Assembly (NCBI GenBank): GCA_030390025.1
Contig: CM059432.1
Location: forward strand, 91,886,001-91,950,000
Source of the DNA: Squalus acanthias
Taxonomy: Eukaryota
Length of the DNA stretch: 64,000 bases
Direction: 5' to 3'
This document shows positions 39,860 through 52,973 of this stretch, piece after piece (the stretch's first letter is position 1; every line of letters starts with the position of its first letter). The notes under the pieces are model-generated. The model did no database searches and had not been told where the DNA came from. It was given only the letters and a program-made list of their open reading frames with translations. The translations under genes were made by a program, and so were the position numbers.

Positions 39860-42800
39860 ATAAGAACATACGAAATAGGAGCAGGAGTAGGCCCTTCGAG
39901 CCTGCTCTGCCATTCAATGAGATCATGGCTGATCATCTGCCTCAACTCCATTCACCGGCCCTATCGCCATATCCCTTGATGCCCTTACTAGTCAGAAATC
40001 TATCGACTTCTGTTTTGAATATACCCAATGACTGAGCCTCCACAGCCCTCTTGGGTAGAGAATTCCAAAGATTCACCACCTTGTGTGTGAAGAAATTTCT
40101 TCTCATCTCAGTCCTGAATGGCCTACCCTTTATCCTGAGGCTGTGGCCCCTGGTTCTAGACTCCCCAGTCAAGGGAAACATTCTCCCAGCATCCACCCTA
40201 TCAAGCCCTGTAATAATTTTGTATGCTTCAATGAGATCCCCTCTCATTCTTCTGAATTCAAGAGACTACAGGCCTAGTTTACTCAATCTCTTCTCATACG
40301 ACAGTCCCGCCATCCCAGGAATCAATCTCATGAACCTTCGTTGCACTCCCTCTATGGCAAGTATATCCTTCCTTAGGTAAGGAGACCAACATTGTACACA
40401 GTACTCCAGGTGTGGTCTCACCAAGGCCCTATATAATTGGAGTAAGACTTCTTTACTCCTGTACTCAAATCCTCTTGTAATGAAGGCCAGCATACCATTT
40501 GCCTTCCTAATGGCTTGCTGCACCTGCATCTGCACATTCACTTTCAGTGACTCATGTACAAGGACACCCAGGTCCCTTTGAGCATCTGCATTCCCCAATC
40601 TTTCACCATTTAGAAAATACTCTGCCTTTCTGTTTTTTCTACCAAAGTGGATAACTTCACATTTATCCACATTATATTCCATCTGCCATGTTCTCGCCCA
40701 CTCACTGAGCCTGTCGAGATCCCCTTGAAGCCTCTTCACAACTGACACTGCCACCTAGCTTTGTATCATCAGCAAATTTGGAAATGTTACATTTAGTCCC
40801 CTCATCCAAATCATTGATATAGATTGTGAATAGCTGGGGCCCAAGCACCGATCCTTGCGGTACCCCACTAGTCACAGCCTGCCATCCTGAAAAAGACCCG
40901 TTTATCCCTACTCTTTGTTTTCTGTTTGTTAACCAATTCTCAATCCATGCTATTATATTACCCCCAATTCCATGTGCCCTAATTTTGTTCACCAACCTCT
41001 TGTGTGGGACCTTATCAAAGGCCTTCTGAAAATCCAAATACACCACATCTACTGGTTCCCCTTTGTCTACTCCACTAGTTACATCCTCAAAGAACTCCAA
41101 TAGGTTTGTCAAACAGGATTTCCCTTTCATAAATCCATGTTGACTCTGCCCAATCTTACTATTAATTTCTAAGTGCCCAGTTATTGCATCCTTTATAATA
41201 GATTCCAACATTTTCCCAACTACTGATGTGAGGCTAACAGGTCTGTAGTTCCCCGTTTTCTCTCTCCCTCCTTTCTTAAATAGCAGGGTTACATTTGCTA
41301 TCCTCCAATCTGCAGGAACCATTCCAGAATCTATAGAATTTTGGAAGATGACAACCAATGCGTCCACTATCCCAATGGCCACCTCTTTCAAAACCCTAGG
41401 ATGTAGGTCATCCAGTCCTTGGCATTTATCGACTTTTAGTCCCATTAATTTTGCTAGTACTGTTTTTTTACTAATAATTTCTTCAAGTTCCTCATTCTCG
41501 CCACACCCTTGGTTTTCTCATTTTCTGGGAGGTTTTTTGTGTCTTCCTCTGTGAAGACAGAAACAAAGTATTTATTTAATTTTTCTGCCATTTCCTCATT
41601 CCCCATTATAAATTCTCCCATCTCTGACTGTAAAGGACCTACATTTACCTTGGCCAGTCTTTTCCATTTCAAATACCTATAGAAGCTTTTACAATCCGTT
41701 TTTATATTTTTCGCTAGTTTGTGCTCATATTCCATTTTCCCTTTATCAATTTCTTGGTCCCCCTTTGCTGATTTCTAAAAAGATCCCAATCCTCAGGCTG
41801 ACCGCTTTTTCTGGCAACTTTATAAGCTTCCTCCTTTGACTTAATACCAGCTTTAATTTCTTTTGTTAGCCATGGTTGGATCACTTTTCCTTTTGGCTTT
41901 TTATGCCCCAGAGGAATATGTGTTTGTTGCAAATTATGCATTATTTCCTTGAATGTTAGCCATTGTATGTCCACCTTCATACCTTTTAGTGTAGTCTCCC
42001 AATCTACCATGGCCAACTTGTCCCTCATACCCTTGTAGTTGCCTTTGATTAGATTGAAGACCTTAGTTTCAGATTGGACTACATCACTCTCAAACTTAAT
42101 GTAAAATTCAATCAAAATGGGCCAGAAATTCTGCTCCCTGGCTTCCCGCGGGTGCAAGGATCGCGCGCGCACCTACCTACCGCGCCAGCCGTTGACCCCT
42201 GGGCCCACGAGGAATTCGGGTCCTGGGCCTCCTCCAACTGCCGGCGCGCAGGGCTTGTGTGTCCCAGGGGCGTAGTTAGTGCGATGCGTCCCCTGGGATC
42301 ACGTGGGCCATGGAGAGCCAATGGCAGCAGACCATCTTTCATTCATAGATTTGACAGGAAGACCTGTCAAATCTATGAATACAGATCAGCCCCAAAACAT
42401 CCCTAAAACTACAAATAATTTTTTTTTTAATCACATTTTTAAAATAACTATAAATTACATTAATTAACTATTTTAAACAAAAATTTAAATTTTTGAAAAA
42501 ATTAATTACACTTTTTAACAGGGTTAAAACTAAACTTACCTTTCTTTAAAGTAATTAAAAAAGATAAATCTGTGGAAAAAAATGTTTAAATTTTAATAAA
42601 ATCAACACCTTGTTAAAAGAAGGCCTTGCGCCTCCTTTTTCAATGTGTATCTTCTCCGTGCTTACCCTCACGGAGGAACCTGTAAAAAAAACAACAAAAA
42701 AAACGAAGTGCGAGGCGAACGCGCTGGCCCTCCGGCGTGCGCGTTCGACCTCTGAACCCCTTCCTTCAGCGGAACGGAAGTGCCGGTTTCCCGCGCATGC

Positions 42801-43098
42801 GCAGTGCATGCAAGAAACCGGCACTTTCGTTCCGTCCACGGGTGAGTACACAGCGTGTACTCACCCGTGGCGAGCCTAATTTCTGCCCCAATATGGTCAC
42901 TTTCTAAAGGTCCCTTTACCACAAGATTATTGATTAGCCCTTTCTCATTACACAGTACCAGATCCAGAATAGCCTGTTCCCTGGTTGGTTCCTCTGCATA
43001 CTGATCCAGGAAACCATCTCGCATGCATTCCAAGAATTCATCCTCCACGCCATTGGTGGTAATTTGATTTGCCCAGTCAATATGTAGATTAAAGTTGC
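39860..43098 (-). mobile_element. CR1 LINE inserted in the Harbinger element and itself split by a MITE
   Basis: RT ORFs at 40702-41445 and 40266-40754, and FNLHIDW..PTREQAILDLVL at the 5' end. GTTGCA occurs at both junctions. Confidence 0.92.
42119..42889 (-). mobile_element. ~760-bp Harbinger-type MITE, copy A (reverse orientation)
   Basis: TIRs GGGCCAGAAATT / AATTTCTGCCCC with TSD AAT. Homologous to 48384-49144 and 52974-53716. Confidence 0.88.
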
Positions 43099-43289
43099 AC
43101 ACTCACTGACGTCATGATCTCCGTAACTTAAATGTCTCCGGCGATTGAGTTTACCGGCATCGATACCGGCAACTCGAAAATGGCGCCCGTAGTTGGAACC
43201 GCCACCAGCTGGAGATAAAACATCGGCTGGCGTTCTAACGCCTTCTCGTGGCACGAACGTGTGGTTCTGAAGACACGAATTTTTAGCCC
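43099..43289. mobile_element. Terminal segment of the Harbinger element carrying the 38460-39545 transposase
   Basis: Resumes after the CR1 and ends in the TIR-like GAATTTTTAGCCC, abutting a + CR1 fragment. Confidence 0.6.
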
Positions 43290-44160
43290 AAAGAGCTTGC
43301 AAAGGGATATGGACAGGTTAAGTGAGTGGGCAATAAGGTGGCAGATGGAGTATAATGTGGGAAAATGTGAGGTTATTCACTTTGGTAGGAATAGAAAAAC
43401 AGAATATTGTTTAAATGGTGAGAAACTATTAAATGTTGGTGTTCAGAGAGATTTAGGTGTCCTCCCGCAGGAAACACAAAGTTAGCATGCAGGTATAGTA
43501 AGCAATTAGGAAGGCAAATGGCATGTTGGCCTTTATTGCAAGGGGGTTGGAGTACAAGAGTAAGGAAGTCTTGCTACAATTGTACAGGGCTTTGGTGAGA
43601 CCACACCTGGAGTACTGTGCACAGTTTTATCTCCTTATCTGAGGATATACTTGCCTTAGAGGCGGTGCAATGAAGGTTCACTAGATTGATTCCTGGGATG
43701 AGAGTGTTGCTCTTTGAGGAGAAATTGAGTAGATTGGACTTATACTCTCTGGAGTTTAGAAGAATAAGGGATGATCTCATTGAAACATATAGGATTCTGA
43801 GGCAGATTGACAGGGTAGATGCTGAGAGGTTGATTCTCCTGGATGGAGAGTCTCGAACGAAGGAGCATAGTCTCAGGATAAGGGGTCGGCCATTTAAGAC
43901 TGAGGTGAGGAGGAATTTCTTCACTCACGACTGTGAATCTTTGGAATTCTCTACCCCAAAGGTCTGTGGATGCTGAATTGTTGAGTATATTCAAGGTTGA
44001 GCTAGATAGAATTTTGGACGCTAGGGGAATCAAAGGATATGGAGATCGGGCGGGAAAGTGGAGTTGAGGTCGAAGATCAGTCATGATATTATTGAATGGT
44101 GGAGCAGGCTCGGGGGTGGGGGGCTGTACGGCATACTCCTGCTCCTAATTCTTATGTTTT
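43290..44160 (+). mobile_element. CR1 3' fragment
   Basis: LQRDMDRLSEWAIRWQMEYNVGKCEVIHFG and TTCTTATGTT tail. Confidence 0.9.
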
Positions 44161-44419
44161 TAAGTATCTCCATCTTTCAACAACAACTTATATTTATATA
44201 GCGCCTTTACTGTAATAAACATCCGTCTTGTGACGCTTCTCTGAACCACCTCTGAGGCTTCAATGCTGCCTTGTGTCTTGGTCCCCACAATTGGACACAG
44301 TACTCAAGATGTGGTCGGACGAGAGTACAAGCTTTACTGCCGCTAAGTTGTACTCTATTATTTTAGCGAAATAGTTCAGATTTCTGATTCTTTGTTGATT
44401 GTTGCTCAACAGTGATTGG

Positions 44420-45135
44420 ACATATTACAAAGTATTTACAGCACAGTAACAGGCCATCAGGTCCATGCCGATGTTTATCATCCACCTTCCACCCCTCTTC
44501 ATCTAACTCCATCAACATATCCTTCTATTTCTTTCTCCCTCATGTACTTATCTAGCTTCCCCTTGAATGCATCCATGCTATTCACCTCAACTATTCCTTG
44601 TGGTAGCGAGTTCCACATTCCAACTACTCTCCTGAATTTCTTATTGGATTTATTAGTGACTATCTTATATTTATAGCCCCTAGTTCTGATCTTGCCCGCA
44701 AGTGGAAATATCTGTTCTACGTCTACCCTATCAAACCCTTTCATAATCTTAAAGACCTCTATCAAGTACCCCTCGGTCTTCTCTTTTCTAGAGAAAAGAG
44801 CCCCAGCCAGTTCAGTCTTTCCTGATAGGTATAACCTCTCAGTTCTGGTATCATTCTAGTAAATCTTTTTTGCACCTTCTCCAGTGCCTCCAAATCCTTT
44901 TTTATAATATGGAGACCAGAACTGTTTACTGTATTCAAAGTGTGGTCTAAGGTTCTATACAAGTTTAATATAACTTCTCTGCTTTTCAATTCTATCCCTC
45001 TAGAAATGAACCCCAGTGCTTTGTTTGCTTTTGTTATGGCCTTATTAACCTGTGTTGCTACTTTTAGTGATCTGTGTATCTGTACCCCCAGATCCCTCTG
45101 TTCCTCTACCCCATTTAGACACTTATTTTCCATGA
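44420..45135 (-). mobile_element. CR1 3' fragment
   Basis: QRDLGVQIHRSLKV..LEKVQKRFTRMIP and IEVFKIMKGFDRVD. Confidence 0.88.
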
Positions 45136-45467
45136 TGAATGTCAAGTCCACTGAAACCCCCAGAAAAAAAAACAGTAACGTTAAGTGGTGTTTTCCAAAC
45201 TGGAGGTGTGTAATCAGTGTTGTCCCCAGGGGTCGGTGTTGGAACCAATGTTATTAAATGATATGATGTGACACAATATCAAAATTTGCGGACAATACAA
45301 AAAATAGGGAGTGTGGTTAATTGTGAAGGGATGTAAGTGACTTCAGGAGGGCAGGAGAATGTAGATTGGACAAATAAATGTTGGTTGGAGAATAAGGAGA
45401 AGTAATATACACTAAATGATAAAACTTTAAAAGGGTAGGGGAGCAGAGAGGCCTAGGGGTTCAAATA

Positions 45468-47310
45468 TACATAGATACATAGATACATAGAAGATAGGAG
45501 CAGGAGTAGGCCATCCGGCCCTTCGAGCCTGCTCCGCCATTTAATGAGATCATGGCTGATCCTCCAATTCAGTATCCCGTCCCCGCCTTCTCTCCGTAAC
45601 CCTTAACCCCTTTTGCCTGTAGAAATATATCTAATTCCCTCTTAAATATATTTAATGAGCTGGCGTACACTGCCCTCTGTGGCAATGAGTTCCACAGGTT
45701 CACCACCCTCTGAGTGAAGAAATTCCCCCTCATTTCTGTCCTAAATGGTTTAGCCCTTATCCTTAAATTATGTCCTCTAGTTCTGTTCTCACCCGCCAAG
45801 GGAAACATTCCTTCTGCATCTAGTCTGTCTAGACCTGTCAGAATTTTATACACTTCTATGAGGTCCCCTCTCAATTTTCTAAACTCCAGTGTGTACATCC
45901 CTAAACTACATAGTCTCTCCTCATAGGTCAATCCCGCCATTCCTGGTATCAGCCTGGTGAATCGCCGCTGCACCCCCTCCATGGCAAGAACATCTTTCCT
46001 CAGATGAGGCGACCAAAACTGTACACAGTACTCGAGGTGTGGTCTCACCAGTGCCCTGTACAGCTGCAGCAAGGTATCCCTGTTCCTGTATTCCAACCCT
46101 TTTGCTATGAAGGCCAGCATACCGTTTGCCTTCTTGACCGCCTGTTGCACCTGCATGCTCGCCTTCAGTGACTGGTGTACAAGAACACCCAGGTCTCTCT
46201 GTACTTCCCCCTCTCCCAATTTATTGCCATTTAAATAATAATTTGCCCTCCCGTTCCTGCACCCAAGGTGGATAACTTCGCACTTGTCCACATTATAGTG
46301 CATCTGCCATTTATCCGCCCAATCACCCAGTCTGTCCAAATCGCTCTGGAGCTTCCTGGTCTCCTCCTCTGAGCCCACCCCCCCTCCTAGTTTAGTGTCG
46401 TCTGCAAATTTGGAAATGCTGCATCCGACTCCCTGATCCAGGTCATTAATGTAAATTGTGAACAGCTGGGGACCCAGGACAGATCCCTATGGTACCCCAC
46501 TTGTTACTGCCTGCCATTCAGAAAATGAGCCGTTTATTCCAACTCTCTGTTTTCTATCTGACAGCCAGTTCTCTATCCACGTCAATACTTTCCCCTTTAT
46601 CCCATGAGCTTCAATTTTCCATGCTAATCTTTTATGTGGGACCTTATCGAAGGCCTTTTGGAAGTCCAGGTACACCACATCTACTGGCTCTCCCCCATCT
46701 ATTTTACCAGTTACTCCCTCAAAAAATTCCAATAGATTAGTCAAGCACGATTTACCCTTTGTAAATCCATGTTGACTCTGTCCTATCCTGTCCCCATTTG
46801 CTAAGTGCTCCGCTATTTCATCCTTAATGATGGACTCCAGCATTTTGCCCACAACTGATGTAAGGCTTACAGGTCTGTAATTACCTGCTTTTTCCCTACC
46901 CCCCTTTTTGAATAGTGGGGTAACGTTAGCTACCCTCCAATCCATGGGCACTGTTCCCAAGTCTAATGAATTCTGAAAAATCATACTTAGTGCATCCGCT
47001 ATCTCTAGGGCCACCTCCTTCAGTACCCTAGGATGCATGTTATCAGGCCCTGGGGATTTGTCCGCCTTCAATCCCTTTAGCTTCCTTAACACCATATCCT
47101 TAGAGATATTGATTTGCGTCAGTTCCTCCTTTGCCAATGTCCCTATTTTTCCCGATATCCCAGGGAGGTTTTTTGTGTCTTCCTTCGTAAAGACTGACCC
47201 AAAGTATGCATTTAGTTGGTCTGCCATTTCCTTATTTCCCGTTATATATTCCCCCGTATCTGACTGCAATGGACCAACTTTGGTTTTCACCAGTCTTTTC
47301 CTCTTGATAT
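45468..47310 (-). mobile_element. Young 5'-truncated CR1 with a near-intact RT frame
   Basis: ORFs 46487-47290 and 45569-46378 are in the same frame, separated by one TAG at GVP*G. (CTATGTAT)n tail; inserted in an old + CR1. Confidence 0.95.
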
Positions 47311-48005
47311 AAATCTTTGATAGTCAGATAATGAGTTGATAAAGCTGTTAAAAAAGTAAAGCATATGGAATCCCAAATTTTATAATTAGGGGCATTGAGT
47401 ACAAAAGCAAAGACGTAATGCTAACCCTATGCAAATCATTAGTTAGGCCACATTTAGAATGCATAGGAACATACTGTTCCCAATTTGGGTGTCTTACTCT
47501 TGGAAGGATGTCAATGCCATGGAGAGGATACAGAAGAGATTCATTAAGATTATCCTAGGGATGAGAGTCTTCGTTATAAGGAAAGAGTAGAGAAACTGGG
47601 GCTTTTTTCATTTTTTAAAATTCATTCCTGGGATGTGGGCGTCGCTGGCAAGGCCAGCATTTATTGCCCATCCCTAATTACCCTTGCGAAGGTGGTGGTG
47701 AGCCGCCTTCTTGAACCGCTGCAGTCCTTGTGGTGAAGGTATTCCCACAGTGCTGTTAGGGAGGGAGTTCCAGGATCTTGACACAGCAAAGATGAAGGAA
47801 CGGCGATATATTTCCAAGTCAGGATGGTGTGTGGCTTGGAGGGGCACTTGGAGGTGATGGTGTTCCCATGCGCCTGCTGGAGTAAATGCCGCATGATAGC
47901 ACTCTCAACGACCCCTTCCATCACTTTGCTGATGATTGAGAGTAGGCTGAAAGAACATGAAATGCGATTATATCAACACATCACCAATGTCACAACAGAA
48001 TCATT

Positions 48006-48132
48006 GGGGGGTGAAATTGGTCTTTGCCAATAGCGCAAAACGAACAATAGTGTGTCTGCAACCTGTTTAACACAGCACCCGATTTTCTTTTCCAATGACT
48101 TCTCTTGCTTCGCCGAAGACTAATTTCACCCC
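48006..48132. mobile_element. Tiny Harbinger-type MITE
   Basis: TIRs GGGGTGAAATTGGTC / GACTAATTTCACCCC with TSD ATT. Confidence 0.75.
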
Positions 48133-48383
48133 ATTATCTTGTTAACACTTCTGGTAACTGGCTCACTGGAACAGCACCCTAGTACCCAAGCTCATTCTAT
48201 GTGGAGAGGTGAAACTGAGAAGTGCCCACATAATAAATGAGTGAATATTTGAGTAGTTGTAGTTGATGGGAACAAGTTACCAATTGTGATATATATTATA
48301 AAAACCCATAGTTATATTTTGTGAACCACTATAGAAGCTAACTGTAGATTTTGTGGATTTATATTAAATATGCTGAATACCGT

Positions 48384-49144
48384 GGGCCAAAAATTCGGCC
48401 CTTCCCGGGTGAGTACGCGTTCTGTACTCGCCCGTATTGCTTCCCGAAGTGCCGGTTTCCTGCATGCACTGCGCATGCGCGGGAAACCGGAACTTCCGGT
48501 CTGGTGAAGGGGCGGTTCCTAGGTGAACCGCGTGCGCGCTAGAGGCTGCGCGCACGCAGCAAACTTAGATTTTTTTTCAGGTTTCTACGCGAGGGTAAGT
48601 ATTGAAGATACTACGCTAATGAAAAGGAGGCGCAAGACCCGTTTTGAACAAGGTAAGTGGTTAATTAAGTATAATTTTAAATTTTTTTCAACAGGTTTAT
48701 CTTTTTTAGATACTTTAAAGAAAGGTAAGTTTATTTTTATCACTTTTAAAAAGTATTTTAATTTTTTCAAAAATTTAAATTTTTGTTTAAAGTGGTTAAT
48801 TTATTTAACTATAGTTATTTTATAAATGTGATGGTTTTTTTTAAATTTATTTTAAGTTTAGCTGTTCTTTTGGGGCTGATTTCAATTCACAGATTTGACA
48901 GGTCTCCTGTCAAATCTATGAATGAAAGATGGTCTGCTGCCATTGGTTCTCCATGGCCCACGTGATCCCAGGGACACATCGCACTAACTGCGCCCCTGGA
49001 ACACGCAAGCACTGCGCGCCGGCAGTTGGGAGAGGCCCAGGACCCGAAGTTCCCGTGGGCCCAAAACACAACGGCAGGCGCGGTAGGTAAGAGCGCGCGC
49101 GATCCTTACCCCCGCGGCAAGCCGGAGAGGCGAATTTCTGGGCC
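48384..49144 (+). mobile_element. ~760-bp Harbinger-type MITE, copy B
   Basis: TIRs GGGCCAAAAATTCG / CGAATTTCTGGGCC. TSD does not match (CGT/ACT). Confidence 0.85.
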
Positions 49145-49649
49145 ACTGTCTTTTGGTATTGATCCCAATGTAAGCAATTTAATCTAGAGGAGTTTAACAG
49201 CAATTCATACTGGGCTGGGAAATGTAAAACTGCTGTTGTATGGAAAGTGACTTTACCACAGATTATGAGTGCTCCATTGTCATATATTCAGTATTTCAGG
49301 ATGTGACAGTAAAGACAGAGCAAGCATAAATTAGTAAAAAGAAGCAATAAAACTAGGTTATAGTCTACGAGTTCAACATTTTTAAAAATCCGGAATAAAA
49401 GACAAAGTTAAAAGACAATAGGGTAAATCAGATCATCTACAATTATCCATTATGTGCTAACTGCAGCCAAGGCCCCACCTGTGACATGGAGCCTCACAAA
49501 ATTTACTCTAAGGAATAAAAAAGGATAAAATCAAACATTTTATTACTTTATTGGCTGTCAAAAACTACTGAGTTAGGCTGTGAAGATAGCAGCACGTGCA
49601 GGGCTCATGAAACAGTAACAGGTGCAATGGATTACAATTTAATAATGCC

Positions 49650-49990
49650 TTAAGTCATTGCCAGGTAACCGTAATTACAGGCAGTCTGGTATCACTAACA
49701 ATAAGTCTGTCTTTGAAGTTAATATTTAAGTTGCTTCGAGACCAAATTTCAATGGCTTCTAGTAGTTTAAACTGCAGTTCATATTGAGCAGGAATGATCA
49801 CTTTGGTTGGATTGAAATTTTGCTTATTACCCTCCTCAAATATGTAGGCCATGAAGTTGACTGGTTGACAGCCTTATATTTTGAATCACTTCAACAAACC
49901 ATATGGTAACCAGTCTCATCAATGTAAACTTATTCATAGTTGCAAGGGATGGAATGGATAGGCGGTTCAGTACTACTGGGAGCAACATCC
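49650..49990 (-). mobile_element. Ancient Penelope-like GIY-YIG endonuclease remnant
   Basis: Minus strand IHSIPCNYE*VYIDETG (cf. VYxIPCx..VYIGETG), then NFNPTKVI..KLLEAIEIW..NINFKD. Confidence 0.65.
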
Positions 49991-50148
49991 TTTGGTCAAC
50001 TAAAGAGGCTGCACAACACTTGCATCTGTCGGGTGTCCAACCAGGTTTTGTGGAAAATGAGATAAAATGTTTCTCTTTGCTCCGAACAAGATGTGTTCCA
50101 TCTTTGGTCTCAATTCATTGCTTACTGACCACAATCCCACAACACAAA

Positions 50149-52570
50149 GGGCCGAATTTTGCGGTTGAAATAATGGTGAGGCTATTTATGTGGAAATTGG
50201 ACAGCAACTTCTGGTGACTGTACATGTGCAGTTAAACACAGAAATCCAGAAGTTGCTGTCCGAGATATGACGATCCTCCAAAAGCTTCCCGAAAACAGCA
50301 TCTCAACATCTGGGTCAAATACATTGAACAGCATAAAGTTGCTGCACTTACCTCAAAGATACAGACTAAACTCGGCAGAAAAAGTTAGGGCTCGTCTATT
50401 CCAGTGTAAGTGCCCTTTTACTGGCATGGTAATTTTACTGCTAAACAACCTCTCTGGCACTGAAAATTAACTTTTACAAGGCTGGAGTCTCATTTCTGCA
50501 GATTTTCATTATTTTTGGAGATTTTTAAAAAAATGTTTTTTTTACTTTTTCTATCTGTTTCTTATCTCTCTTTCTTAATCCATACTTTTTTCCCTCTTTA
50601 TTTTGCTTTCTGTACCTGATTTTACATTGAATTCAATATTCTAACTGACACAATTTCCCACATCTATTTATGGCCTCCTGGTTCAAACTCTGCGCTGCTC
50701 ATTAACGATTCTTCAATCTGATTGGTTAAAGAGATATAGGCCGCGATTTCGCCAGCTGTGGCGCGGCCGGAGCAGACAGTGGCCGCAAGCTCCGCTCCTG
50801 TCTTCATCCCACTTCCTCCAAGTGATTTTTCCCTGATTGGGCTTGTTAAGCCCGCCCTGCGAGGCTTCCAAACAATTAAAAGGAAGCGGGTCTGATGACA
50901 TCATTTGATGATGCGTCATCAGCCGGTTTCCTTAAAGGGGCCATGTCCAAATTGATTTTGACAGTTGTGCTGTCAGTGCTCTACAGCATTGAGGTGCTGC
51001 AAACAGAGACTGCAGATGGCCTTGCAGGACGACCTCGAGCAGCTCTGGACTTAGAATGCTCGGCAGTGGCCTGCTCCACCTCGGCAAGGGCAGCAGTCTG
51101 GCTGCAGTGACACAAACCTTTCAATGATCTCAGTAGATCACAAAACGTTACTGCAAAGCCACACTCAACCTCATCTTCCTGTGCCACTCATCACATCCCC
51201 ATCACTCTGCCTTCCCTACCCTACTCCTGCACATCCTTACTGACACCAACTTACCTTGCACCTCCACCCATCCCTCTCCATCTACATTATCACATCTCCA
51301 TCTCACTAGCCACCCCTCACACTCGCCCTCATCCTCGTGCAATCATACCAACTAACAACACATAAGGGTAGGCACTTGGGTGTTTTAGCCAACGGTCGTG
51401 TAAACTTTCTGTTAATCTGTTGTCAAGCATTGAAATCCTCAGTCACCACTTTGCCGCCTTGGACAGATTTGTGTGCACCTTTGAAAGTGTGTTAGTGAGT
51501 TCCAGTGAATGGTGAGACATAACGTCCCCCCAATGGTGATGAGTGTGAAAGGAATGGCTTGGACATTGTAGAGATGCTTTATGGTGCTGGTCTAGTGTGG
51601 TACCAACCTGGTGCATCATGTGGCAGCCAGGGTGTACAGTGTTAAATGAAGTAAATCTGGACATGGTGAGGCCATTGCTGGCATCCCAGGCAGCAATGTG
51701 TAAGGGTGATGATGCCCTGTGTCCGGTGCAGCATCAGTTGATTGCGGAGAAGGTTGGTGTGGATATTGGTGCTGCTGTGTGCCTGGTGATGCTGGTGTTG
51801 GGGCTGATCGTGTTGGGATTCTGAGGACCAAGGTGAGATTTTTTCAAGGGCACCGATGCTGATGGAATAGATGGCAGATGAGGTTGAGATGACAGAAGTA
51901 ATCTGTCAATGTTGAGATAGGTTGTTCCAAGGAGGTGACAGTGGATAGAGAGATTACACCAAACACTTCAAAAGTGCATAAAGCTCAAAAATGGGTTCCA
52001 AATCATTAATGCTCCAGCTTCTAAGATTTGGAAGTGAACAGCTGTGAAATGGTAGGTTTTATACCACTTTTGCAGCTTTCACCTATTCACAGCAATCCAC
52101 AGTCATTTAGAACCCGATATACTTACCTGACATGATAGCCGCTCTCCGGGAACCTCGTTGAAGACCTGGTAAAATGGTAAGTACATGGGAAAATGGTTCT
52201 TAACTACCTTTTTAATAAGCTTTTAACTATCTAAATTGGCTGACCCGCCGCTTGGTGTTGGGTCTGTTCAGGGACGACAGACCCGACACTTGGGAAACTG
52301 ACAGAGGCGGGTTTACAGTGGGATACCGACCTGCTGTCAATCTTTGTGATTTTGACAGTGGACCCGCCTCCAAACCCGTACTCTGCGCGCCGGCAAAATT
52401 CAGCCCATACAGTTGCTTGCTCTGTTCACACAGGACCTGATGCTCTGTAGAGGACACTGCGCCAAGATAGCTCTCTAATTTACAGTAAATTCCAGTGCAA
52501 AACCCCATAAAAGTCTATGGGCAAGTGCAAGTGTAATAAACGGTTCACTGTTGAGAGCAAAATCCAGCCC
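50149..52570. mobile_element. Harbinger-type non-autonomous element (outer)
   Basis: TIRs GGGCCGAATTTTGC / GCAAAATCCAGCCC with TSD AAA. Confidence 0.8.
50739..52406. mobile_element. Harbinger-type element (inner) with a possible Myb/SANT-like gene remnant
   Basis: Ends GGCCGCGATTTCGCC / GGCAAAATTCAGCCC with TSD ATA. AVWLQ..FNDLSR-like remnant at ~51010-51145. Confidence 0.78.
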
Positions 52571-52973
52571 AAAGCTTTACGATAATTCAGCATAGACTGG
52601 CGCTCATTCGATGAGGCCATAAATATGGCTGATGTGGGAAATTGCGCAGTAGCGGGTACTCTTCTGAGCTTGGGGTTAAGAAAAATTATTAGAACACAGT
52701 AGTAGGATTTTTCCTCGGCATCTGGCCTTTGCAATACCTGAGTTGGAGTTCTTGATGCTGCAACTCTGCAAAAAAACACAAATCTAAATAAAGAAAAACA
52801 CTTTATATCTCCATGTTATTTGTTTTGCAACCACTTTTGTTAATGCAAAAGCTCTCAAAACATTGCTGAGCTCTGATCATTATTTTGTCTCTGTTGCCAC
52901 ATCTGTTACAAGTACTTATTTTGTATTTCACTAAAATGTTTACTGATATGGATCCATTTTATTAAAAGACAAT

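Noticed and set aside
52690..52785. Minus-strand DLCFFAELQ.. resembling IL-7 'DLCFL', with an acceptor-like tract
   Set aside because: It lacks the CW.KI motif and lies downstream of the better terminal exon; probably chance.
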